A stretch of 32,000 bases of DNA from Promethearchaeia archaeon (GTDB lineage: Archaea; Asgardarchaeota; Lokiarchaeia; Sigyniarchaeales; SOKP01), in contig JAWOFX010000019.1 in NCBI GenBank assembly GCA_046497275.1, forward strand, positions 1 through 32,000. The letters are read 5' to 3'. Position 1 is the stretch's first letter, and the number at the start of each line of letters is the position of its first letter. The notes beneath the pieces are model-generated. The model had not been told where the DNA came from and searched no databases. It saw only the letters and a program-made list of their open reading frames with translations. This document shows, one piece after another, positions 1-8,035 of this stretch. The position numbers and the translations under genes are program-made.

Positions 1-395
1 TCTTCTGCAGGTGGAATTATTATAATCATAACGCCGTTAGACAAATATTTCAAAATACGTTTATCAATAGCATGAAGTTTTTCTCTTCCACTGGGATGTG
101 TATGGGCCTGCCAAACAATGTCCACTCCCAATTCCTCCTTGAATTTACGCATATTATAGATCTTTGATTTTTTATAGCGCATCCAACTGCGTGGTTTCAC
201 GTGTTTTTTCGTTGACTTAATATCCTTATTTACGATGAATTTATTCACGATACCGAAATTTTCTTTTCGATCCGCAAAAATCCAATAATGTTCTATCTTA
301 GGATATGCATCCGCTGCCTTCTGAGTAATCTCATTAAAAATGCGTTCTGGTATAAGGTACCTAAAATCTTCAGCGCTCAATTTTTGCTCACTCAC
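1..395 (-). CDS. JAB/MPN (JAMM-like) metalloprotease-domain protein, 3' end runs off the window
   Basis: Manual translation (not in the ORF track): VSEQKLSAEDFRYLIPERIFNEITQKAADAYPKIEHYWIF...ELGVDIVWQAHTHPSGREKLHAIDKRILKYLSNGVMIIIIPPAE. It has an upstream Glu and an HxH-x10-D pattern. Start is either the GTG at 395 or an in-frame ATG at 440. Confidence 0.7.
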   Translation of the reverse strand, partial: MSEQKLSAEDFRYLIPERIFNEITQKAADAYPKIEHYWIFADRKENFGIVNKFIVNKDIKSTKKHVKPRSWMRYKKSKIYNMRKFKEELGVDIVWQAHTHPSGREKLHAIDKRILKYLSNGVMIIIIPPAE

Positions 396-449
396 ACTAT
401 AAAATACGGCAAAAGATTTTAATTTTATCACACACATCATTTAAAAAAA

Positions 450-1280
450 TTAGAATTTTGATACTGCTTGCATAAAGGTTGGAATTGCCTTTTTGAAATG
501 ATAGGGAAGCTGGGTTAATTTCCAATCGTTCAATTGAAAATATCCTAATTGAAAGGCTTTCAAAAAAGCGATCCAAAAATACGGGCAGAATCCCATACTT
601 GATCCCGTTCTACAATCACAATCCCGATCCGGATTGGCGATATTATCTTTGGTAATAGAAAGAAAATTAGTTGTTTCTAATTTTGAGCCTTTAAATCTTG
701 CTTCGATTTCATTTCTGCTATTATTTGTAACCTTAATCTCTGAAAGAGTCTCTTTGGAATGATGAAAAAGAATGTCAATTGCCTTTTGAAGCTCCTCAGT
801 AATTATTTTCAGTTCATTCCGTCGTAACCATTCGATTTTCTCCTCTTGCGATAAATTGAGAAGTAGCAATCCGATCAAATCATCTTTCTTGAGTGAAGAG
901 TATCCTTTTATGTCGTGTTCTCTAAAAATATCTTTGAGTTGATCGGTGGTTAAGGATTGGAAGAGGTATTTTAGAAAGGGATCGGTGTCTATGGATCTGT
1001 GAAAAATTACTGAATCTTGAAAGGCAATTTGCTCATAATACTCATTATGACTTAATTCATATTCGGGATCGGTGTTGTTGTCGATAAATGATCCTAACGT
1101 TATCTTCTGCGATTGTGCCTTGATTTTTTGGATTCTATCCTTAATTTGTTTCGGTAAAAACTTTAGTTTAATATGGGCTTTTACTTCCTTTTCATGAAGC
1201 ACTACAAACACATTTATTCCATATAATTTTCCTAAGGAATGCTTTGAAAATAGATGTTCGGGGGAGGCTGTATCTAACAT
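450..1280 (-). CDS. Hypothetical protein with a SAP/Rho-N-like helical motif and a SWIM-like Zn finger
   Basis: LTTDQLKDIFREHDIKGYSSLKKDDLI resembles SAP/Rho-N/HEH motifs. DCDCRTGSSMGFCPYF resembles SWIM (CxC-xn-CxH) with Tyr in place of His. Confidence 0.55.
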   Translation of the reverse strand: MLDTASPEHLFSKHSLGKLYGINVFVVLHEKEVKAHIKLKFLPKQIKDRIQKIKAQSQKITLGSFIDNNTDPEYELSHNEYYEQIAFQDSVIFHRSIDTDPFLKYLFQSLTTDQLKDIFREHDIKGYSSLKKDDLIGLLLLNLSQEEKIEWLRRNELKIITEELQKAIDILFHHSKETLSEIKVTNNSRNEIEARFKGSKLETTNFLSITKDNIANPDRDCDCRTGSSMGFCPYFWIAFLKAFQLGYFQLNDWKLTQLPYHFKKAIPTFMQAVSKF

Positions 1281-1769
1281 TTTATTCTATTCTCGTGAAT
1301 ATTGGATTTTTGAATTGAAAGATAGACAGATAGAATGATATTAATCTCCAAAGGGTGCGCTGGTTTGCTAAATTGTGAATGAGGAGGAAAAATCGTGCCC
1401 TGAAGAATATGAAAAATTGAAGGTGTCCCCTCATTCATATTATAAAAATTATGCCTATAGTATGACAACAATTACAGATCTGATCCCACCCCGTTACGTT
1501 TTTTTCTTCATATGCATCCACCCTTTTTTTTTCTTTGGGCGATGGTCTGTTGAAGTTGTCATTCTTTTTTCTTTTTCTTTCTTCTCTTCTCAGGTACAAA
1601 TTATTAATTATCCTATCTACAATTCAACAATAACAAAAAAAATAGAACTATCTTATAATATACTGAGAAAAATTTCAAAATAAAGTTACATAATTTCTGA
1701 GTTTTGGTAATAAAAAATATTGCCGCTGCTGTGTAATTAACTTATAGGCTTTATATTCTGTACTTCTAA

Positions 1770-1791
1770 CCAAAAGAAAAAAGAAAAAAAG
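1770..1791 (-). terminator. Archaeal oligo-T terminator candidate
   Basis: Minus strand reads CCTTTTTTTTCTTTTTCTTTTGG immediately after the TAA at 1793. Confidence 0.4.
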
Positions 1792-1792
1792 G

Positions 1793-1927
1793 TTAGCACT
1801 TATGATAATACGTTCTTACATACTCCTCATATTCCGCTAGCTCTTCATCCGAAAAGTACTTATCTAATAATGGAAAATCTTTTATTATAGATAATCCCTT
1901 GCGAGCGTCTTCTTGACAGCCATCCAT
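1793..1927 (-). CDS. Small 44-aa ORF or remnant 3' end of a gene
   Basis: MDGCQEDARKGLSIIKDFPLLDKYFSDEELAEYEEYVRTYYHKC*. The composition is protein-like and an oligo-T tract follows directly on the minus strand. Confidence 0.45.
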   Translation of the reverse strand: MDGCQEDARKGLSIIKDFPLLDKYFSDEELAEYEEYVRTYYHKC

Positions 1928-1960
1928 AAGATGCTTTAGTAATTTAACAACATTTCTGAT

Positions 1961-3571
1961 TTGTTGAGAATGAGGTTTTTGGTGTCAAAATGGACTATAG
2001 AGGATTTCACTGTTGATAATTTGGGAAAAAGAGATCATAGCAGTATAGATATTGATTTAACAGAAAAAGAATTGGATTACATAAAAGAAGCCGTTATAGA
2101 GGTAATTGATGATAAACTTTTATCTACTGATCAATATGTTGCTATGAAATTTCAAAGGATGAACAAGGATAAAACAAGGAAGGACATTATGCTCGAATAT
2201 AATTTAGTCTTAAGTGTATTTAACGACTTAGCCGAGCTTGAGTATTTAGAACAATCTAAACTTTTAAGAAGTCAAGGCGAACCAGTTATTGTGAGAAATA
2301 TCAACACTAAGAAATTTATTTCCCTTGACAAGTTTAATGAAATTTTAGGTATTGATAGACCTAATACTAATATAAAAGATGGTATATATTTTGACCCAAT
2401 CACTATCGAAAGAGCTCTAAAATATATCCATAATAAAATTGGGGAGATAGCGAGTTATTATGATTCGGAGATCGAGCAAATGCCCTTTTTTCTAAAAAAG
2501 AAAGAAACCGCATATCTAAGTCTGCAGTTAGATATCCTAATGGATTTATACGATGAGTTGAATTATTACGCAAAAGAGCGTGGGCTTTCACTTTTTATGG
2601 ATTCGAATATGCCCTCTCTTGAGAATAAATATTTTGATACTCAATGGAATGATGAGCGCGTGAGAAGTTATCATATCATATTTGGTCTATGTGAATTCTT
2701 GGGGTTTGATCCCCTATTTTTTGAAGCATTAGATAAGGAAATCTTCGAAACAGGAGATTATAGAAGGCATCATTTCAGAGACTCTCCAATACGGAAAGTC
2801 TCTAGTAATGCAAGGGACGTGATTATTACGGATTCAAGGAAGCATAATGATTACGAAAAATATGAGGAAGGCTTTATGGTTGCGGTGATGAATGCTATAA
2901 AAGAGGTAATGTTCAATGACAAGATTCCATATAGCGATAAAAACGGGATTGGGGGTATTACCGCCCAAGACCTTCGAGTTTCGTTAGAAAAGCATATGAA
3001 ATTATATTTCGATCTTAATCAAGGGTCTGATGGAAAAGTGAATCCGTTCATTGTCAGAGGGTTAAATCAACCTGGTGAAAGGAACTACCGAGATGAGCGC
3101 TTAACATACAAACAACTCGTTGGGGAGGTGTGGAGTTTGTGGAACGGTGCTGATCCGACCCAAGGCAGTCTCGATGAGTGGACAAACGCTGACGGGTCAA
3201 TTAAGGTGATGGAATCATTTAAAAACCAGCTAAAAGAGTTTAATAGAAGGAGATATGATTTCCTCAAAGATGGGAAATATAAAGAATTCTTAGAAAAAGT
3301 CTATAATATGGCGGACGACCCCAATATGAATTCCCGCTTCATTGAGGGCGCGGAGGGTATGGACTCTCTCCTACAAGATCCAAAGACCCCAAAGAGACAT
3401 TACCCCCTTTATACTGATGCTATTGCCCTTGATCTCATCAGAAAAGCGCTCGGGCTCGAAGGTAGCGCAAAAATGGGCAAGCTTACAGCGTCCCAAATCA
3501 ATCGTTTATACGATAGCCAATTCACGCCCGAATATCTCCACGAGCGCATAAAGGCAATATACAAGGTTTAA
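1961..3571 (+). CDS. Hypothetical protein, 536 aa, with a possible His-rich nuclease-like motif
   Basis: Long uninterrupted ORF containing YRRHHFRD...RDVIITDSRKHNDYE. No family recognised. The start may be the ATG at 1970. Confidence 0.75.
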   Translation: MLRMRFLVSKWTIEDFTVDNLGKRDHSSIDIDLTEKELDYIKEAVIEVIDDKLLSTDQYVAMKFQRMNKDKTRKDIMLEYNLVLSVFNDLAELEYLEQSKLLRSQGEPVIVRNINTKKFISLDKFNEILGIDRPNTNIKDGIYFDPITIERALKYIHNKIGEIASYYDSEIEQMPFFLKKKETAYLSLQLDILMDLYDELNYYAKERGLSLFMDSNMPSLENKYFDTQWNDERVRSYHIIFGLCEFLGFDPLFFEALDKEIFETGDYRRHHFRDSPIRKVSSNARDVIITDSRKHNDYEKYEEGFMVAVMNAIKEVMFNDKIPYSDKNGIGGITAQDLRVSLEKHMKLYFDLNQGSDGKVNPFIVRGLNQPGERNYRDERLTYKQLVGEVWSLWNGADPTQGSLDEWTNADGSIKVMESFKNQLKEFNRRRYDFLKDGKYKEFLEKVYNMADDPNMNSRFIEGAEGMDSLLQDPKTPKRHYPLYTDAIALDLIRKALGLEGSAKMGKLTASQINRLYDSQFTPEYLHERIKAIYKV

Positions 3572-3669
3572 TCTTCAAACAAATAAAAACCGAAAAAACA
3601 AGGCACCCGTTAACTTTAAATACACTTCCTTTTGTTTAATATAATGGGAAAAGAAAGATAATAAAGTGC

Positions 3670-4011
3670 GTGAAAATAAAAATGGATAAGAAGAGAAGGC
3701 TGGAAATTAAGCACCCGCATTTACGCAAAATAAGAAACTCACTCAGATACGTTATTGTTGAAGAAACATATAGAAGATTAGATAAATTACGTAAAAAACA
3801 AGAACCTTATGATAAAGTTCAATCCCTCCAACGAGCACTCAACGCCTCGATATGCAAATGCTCCAAATGTGCGTCCACGACCTCCGACATGATCCACAAC
3901 CCCTATGATAAGAATTGGTATTGCGTGGATTGCTATGAAAAGCTCCAATACTGGTACAAATATAGTCCCAATAGTACCGAACGCAAGGACGCACCCAATC
4001 CATTTCCGTGA
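3670..4011 (+). CDS. Small basic Cys4 zinc-finger protein
   Basis: CKCSKC...WYCVDCYE with a basic N-terminus. An AT-rich TATA-like sequence lies upstream (~3635-3645). Confidence 0.65.
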   Translation: MKIKMDKKRRLEIKHPHLRKIRNSLRYVIVEETYRRLDKLRKKQEPYDKVQSLQRALNASICKCSKCASTTSDMIHNPYDKNWYCVDCYEKLQYWYKYSPNSTERKDAPNPFP

Positions 4012-4270
4012 TATTTTTAAATTGCTTTTTTTCAAAGTTATTTACTCTTCTAATATGTCAGAACGTATCATTATTGAAAAGATGGTTTTTGAAATTATTT
4101 CTGAGTGAAAAGTACTAAATTATTTTCTTTTTATTTCTTTTTAGAAAGCTTAGACAAAAAGGAGTAATTAATTCTTCTTAATTTGTCATACAACTGAATC
4201 TTATGGTAAACTATTAAAATTTTAGAATGTTATTATTTATAGTAAGGAAAAGTAATTCCCCTCCTTACAA

Positions 4271-4374
4271 GCTCAGGTCGCTTAGCTTGGTAGAACGATA
4301 AAACTGTGCCAACAGCGCTGGTCTGCTAAACCAGTACGTGAATGCGTGCGTGGGTTCGAATCCCACCCTGAGCG
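4271..4374 (+). tRNA. tRNA-Ser(GCT) with a 20-nt intron in the D-arm (4294-4313, about position 22/23)
   Basis: Acceptor stem GCTCAGG/CCTGAGC, anticodon stem CTGGT/ACCAG around CT-GCT-AA, long variable arm, T-arm GTGGG-TTCGAAT-CCCAC. Removing 4294-4313 restores the D-arm. Confidence 0.9.
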
Positions 4375-4407
4375 CTTTATTTAGATATAACATATCGGAA
4401 AAAAAAA

Positions 4408-4513
4408 GAGTCCATAGTCTAGCTGGTTATGACGTCGCGCTTACACCGCGAAGATCGGGAGTTCGAATAAAAATTGCTCAAATAGAGCGTTTACGGAAAT
4501 CTCCCTGGACTCA
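4408..4513 (+). tRNA. tRNA-Val(TAC) with a 32-nt intron in the T-loop (about 4468-4499, position 59/60)
   Basis: Acceptor stem GAGTCCA/TGGACTC, anticodon stem TCGCG/CGCGA around CT-TAC-AC, T-stem GGGAG/CTCCC. Removing the intron restores the TTCGAAT loop. Confidence 0.9.
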
Positions 4514-4530
4514 TTTTATTCTTCTTCTAA

Positions 4531-5313
4531 TTATTTTAACTTTTTAATCCGATTCGGAAGTAAGACACTAAATTTGCAATTCTCAAGATACTTTCCAATC
4601 TCACTGATTATTCCACGAGCATTTGTACCTTGTTTGAATAAAACTAGGTTTTCTAAAAATCCAAACCGCTCTACTGAAACGATATCTTGGAGGTGCCCAG
4701 TCTTGATAAGAGCTTTTTTAAATTGTCCTTTGGTTTCACCACACATAAATAATCCTTCAATATTTTCACGTTGTATCTTATCAAATATCTCCAACGATTT
4801 TTTTGCTATTTTACCTTTAATATTTTTTTCCTCTTTATCAATCTCGCTAATCTTACAATATAATGGAAAATTTTCAATAAAATCATAAGTGTTAATAATC
4901 TCTCTTATAGAAACTTTCTTCCCATTTGCTAATTGATCACGAAGAATGTATAGAGGGAGTAAAATATCTGTTGTTGGTTTAATAATTCCACAGTCTAGAA
5001 AAATTCCAAATCCTGTATCCCCCACATCGACCATAGTTCCCTTTAGAATAGTACCCTCATTTAGGTTATCGAATTCTACACAACTGCCAATTTCTGCTAC
5101 TAACATATTTTTAACAAATTCTTCATCTGGTCCTTGAATGAATATCTCAATCCGATCATCTTTCTCTCTTATTTTTCTAATTTCAATCCCAGTTTTAGGA
5201 AATCCATGGGTTAATTCATTTAAATATTTTCTATAGCGAGTTTGTAAATTAAGCCAATTACTTCGCGAACTTGTTTGGTATATCTTGTCAAGTAATATTA
5301 GTCTTTTTACCAT
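4531..5313 (-). CDS. DUF2110-like archaeal protein with an OB/S1-like region
   Basis: IFIQGPDEEFVKNML...GTMVDVGDTGFGIFLDCG matches my recollection of the archaeal DUF2110 family. Start moved to the ATG at 5313 (MVKRL). Confidence 0.6.
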   Translation of the reverse strand: MVKRLILLDKIYQTSSRSNWLNLQTRYRKYLNELTHGFPKTGIEIRKIREKDDRIEIFIQGPDEEFVKNMLVAEIGSCVEFDNLNEGTILKGTMVDVGDTGFGIFLDCGIIKPTTDILLPLYILRDQLANGKKVSIREIINTYDFIENFPLYCKISEIDKEEKNIKGKIAKKSLEIFDKIQRENIEGLFMCGETKGQFKKALIKTGHLQDIVSVERFGFLENLVLFKQGTNARGIISEIGKYLENCKFSVLLPNRIKKLK

Positions 5314-5478
5314 AAAAAAAATCACATTAAAAATAGGAAAATTCTCTTTCCTTATTGTTATATTGAAATGAATCATTCTATATACTTTTTGGGATGATGT
5401 TCCAATATAAAAGTATGAAAATTTAAATTAGTAAATTGTCATTTCTGAATAAACAAAATGATCTAAAAATATCTAAAT

Positions 5479-5853
5479 ATGAATCAAGAGCAATTTGATG
5501 CAGCTGTCGAGAAGCTTAACGAATATGAAGGAATTGAAGAAGTATTTCTATTAAATTCTGATGGACATATAACATTTAAATCTAAAGAATCTTCATTTAA
5601 TAATGAGCAGAGTAAAGCCTTGTTAAAAGCATGGAAAGAAAAACAACCTTCTATTCATTTTATGAATGAAAGATATGCGATTTTAAAAAATGATGAGATT
5701 CAGCTAGCAGCAAAAAATTTTTCAGGGAAAGGAAACATTGCTGGTTCAATCACTAAAGATGGAGATTATTTAATAATCCACATTCAAGAAGAAACTGGTT
5801 TAATTCTCCTTGAATGGTCGATTCTTGTAAATAAAATAGCTTGGAATCAATAA
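5479..5853 (+). CDS. Asgard-type profilin (actin regulator)
   Basis: 124 aa. WKEKQPSIHFMNERYAILKNDEIQLAAKNFSGKGNIAGSITKDGDYLIIH resembles the Loki profilin core (RYAILK..D..QLAA.N..GKG.I.G). Confidence 0.75.
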   Translation: MNQEQFDAAVEKLNEYEGIEEVFLLNSDGHITFKSKESSFNNEQSKALLKAWKEKQPSIHFMNERYAILKNDEIQLAAKNFSGKGNIAGSITKDGDYLIIHIQEETGLILLEWSILVNKIAWNQ

Positions 5854-5964
5854 GGAACTATATAAAAAATCATTTTAAGATTGGTAGATAATATTAGAAT
5901 ATGATTTTATCGGAGTAACATATTAACCTTTTTTTATACCTTTTCTCTTTATATTTATTTTTTT

Positions 5965-6954
5965 ATGATAACGATTAAATATTACATTTTACTAAATGGA
6001 AATATGAAAATTAATAAGTTTGATATTTTCTACCTAATTGGATTACTGGGCACCACCGGATTAATGCTGTGGATATTATTTTCTGGTATTACAGTGTTGT
6101 TATTTACGAATGTAATTTTTTTTTGGGCAGCAAAACTACTTTCTGGTTTCGGACTAATTCTTACCGCTACAAGTGCGTTTCTATTCCTTCTGAATCTAAT
6201 TAAAGATAAAATAGAGCAGAGAGAAGTCAATATTTTTATTATAATTCAAATTATCATTCCTGCCTTATTGATAATATTTGGGATTTATCAAATAATTTCA
6301 AGTCTTAATCCCTCCCCAACACCTAATACGGGATTGGCATATTGGCTTGATATTGGCTTATTTGTATTTGGCATTCTTTCTATTTCACTATCCCTCTATA
6401 TCATCCCCTTAATTCGCGAAGAGTTTGAAGAATCAGCAGAAGCAGGATTATGGACTCGTATTAAAAGAGGTGCTAAAAAAGTAGGGAGAAAAGTAAAGAA
6501 GAAATATTATGCGGTAAGTAAGCAATATGCTAAAGCGCATATTCAAGATCAAACAACAATAAAAGAAATTTTAACAATTTGGAGACATAAATTAGCCGTT
6601 TATCTTTTAATCCCAATTGGTATTGGTTCACTCGTTTTTACTCCTATTGCGTTTGTTTGTATTGTGTTTTGGATTAAGCTATTTATCTTTGATAAAGATC
6701 CAAAGTCTTATGAACGAATTGCGCTTCTAATTTCGATGATCGCAATCGCAGTAATCGCAATACTCTCTTATGTGTTTGACTGGGTTTTCTATACCGCCAT
6801 ATCTGAATATTTCTGGACTATTGATATATTTTACCTTATAGGCATTATAGCCAGCTCAATAATGTTCATATATCAGTTTGCGCAATTAAAGGGAGTTACT
6901 TTAACTGATGTCAAAGAAAAAATCGGGGAACTACGTACAAAAGAAGAGAAATAA
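5965..6954 (+). CDS. Multi-pass membrane protein of unknown function
   Basis: About 7-8 hydrophobic segments with a central basic loop (KRGAKKVGRKVKKK). The start may be the ATG at 6004. Confidence 0.75.
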   Translation: MITIKYYILLNGNMKINKFDIFYLIGLLGTTGLMLWILFSGITVLLFTNVIFFWAAKLLSGFGLILTATSAFLFLLNLIKDKIEQREVNIFIIIQIIIPALLIIFGIYQIISSLNPSPTPNTGLAYWLDIGLFVFGILSISLSLYIIPLIREEFEESAEAGLWTRIKRGAKKVGRKVKKKYYAVSKQYAKAHIQDQTTIKEILTIWRHKLAVYLLIPIGIGSLVFTPIAFVCIVFWIKLFIFDKDPKSYERIALLISMIAIAVIAILSYVFDWVFYTAISEYFWTIDIFYLIGIIASSIMFIYQFAQLKGVTLTDVKEKIGELRTKEEK

Positions 6955-7185
6955 TATATCTAATTTTATTTTAATTTTTAATTATTTCTTATTATTTTTA
7001 GCTAATGTTCACAAAAGGATTTCTTATATAATTTTGGGGTCTAAAATTTTTAGGAATTAGTTTTATGAATTATTTAAGCAAATTATATATTTTATCATAT
7101 ATTACACAGAACTATAAAAATAGTTATTTATTCTCCAATTATAACTATTATAAATATTTGATTATTGAATTTTATAAGAGGTTAA

Positions 7186-7911
7186 ATGAAAATGTTCTCA
7201 CAACAGGGACGTGGCTATGATATGGCCATTACACAGTTCTCACCAGAGGGAAGACTATTCCAAGTGGAATATGCTATTGAAGCTGTACGAAGAGGAACTA
7301 CAGCAATTTGCGCTCGTAATGAAAATTCTGTAGTATTTGCAGTTGAGAAAAAGAGCTCAGATTTACAAGAAACACTTGGATCTGAAAAAATATTCAAAAT
7401 TGATAACCATATTGGGGTAGCAATCGCTGGACTAACAGCTGATGCAAGAGTCCTCATTGATAAAGGCCGTGTACAAGCACAAGTACACCTTTTGAATTAT
7501 GATGAGAAAATAACAGTTAAAGAATTGACCCTCGAAATTTGTGAAATTCTACAAGCATATACTCAAAATGCAGGAGTAAGACCATTTGGAGTTTCATTTT
7601 TAATTGCTGGTATAAATTCTGATGGAGAGACCGGACTCTTCCTTACTGATCCATCTGGTGCGCTATGGGGTTATAAAGCTTTTGCAATTGGATCAGGGGC
7701 CAATGAAGCAAGAACATATCTTGAAGAGAATTATGATATTGGGATATCAGACGAAGACTTGAAATTATTACCTTTAAGAACGTTAAAAGAAATTATGAGT
7801 GAAGAAACCTTAAATGAGAATACTTGTGATGTTGCCTATATTCTAAAAGAGGATAAAAAATTCACACTTTTAACTTTGGAAGAAAAGAAAGAATTATTAG
7901 CAAAATTATAA
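7186..7911 (+). CDS. psmA: 20S proteasome alpha subunit
   Basis: GYDMAITQFSPEGRLFQVEYAIEAVRRG signature and GVRPFGVSFLIAG. Confidence 0.97.
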   Translation: MKMFSQQGRGYDMAITQFSPEGRLFQVEYAIEAVRRGTTAICARNENSVVFAVEKKSSDLQETLGSEKIFKIDNHIGVAIAGLTADARVLIDKGRVQAQVHLLNYDEKITVKELTLEICEILQAYTQNAGVRPFGVSFLIAGINSDGETGLFLTDPSGALWGYKAFAIGSGANEARTYLEENYDIGISDEDLKLLPLRTLKEIMSEETLNENTCDVAYILKEDKKFTLLTLEEKKELLAKL

Positions 7912-8035
7912 ATTTTTTTATAGAACAACATTTTAATGTTCCTCCCTATTTTTTATTTTATATAATGCTTTATGTAATATATTCAAATAAAAATTATTAG
8001 AAAAAAAAGATTTTTGAACAGAGAAGTGATTATTC

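Noticed and set aside
100-200. Apparent frameshift in the JAB ORF
   Set aside because: Re-reading (AAG GAG GAA TTG GGA GTG) shows a continuous frame.
1375-1683. 102-aa plus-strand ORF
   Set aside because: Dominated by poly-T-derived Phe runs, with no recognisable motif. It is probably intergenic, although a short real N-terminal part cannot be excluded.
1-4270. Provirus or integrative element with an att site
   Set aside because: No integrase, capsid or transposase gene, and no duplicated tRNA end, was seen in the window.
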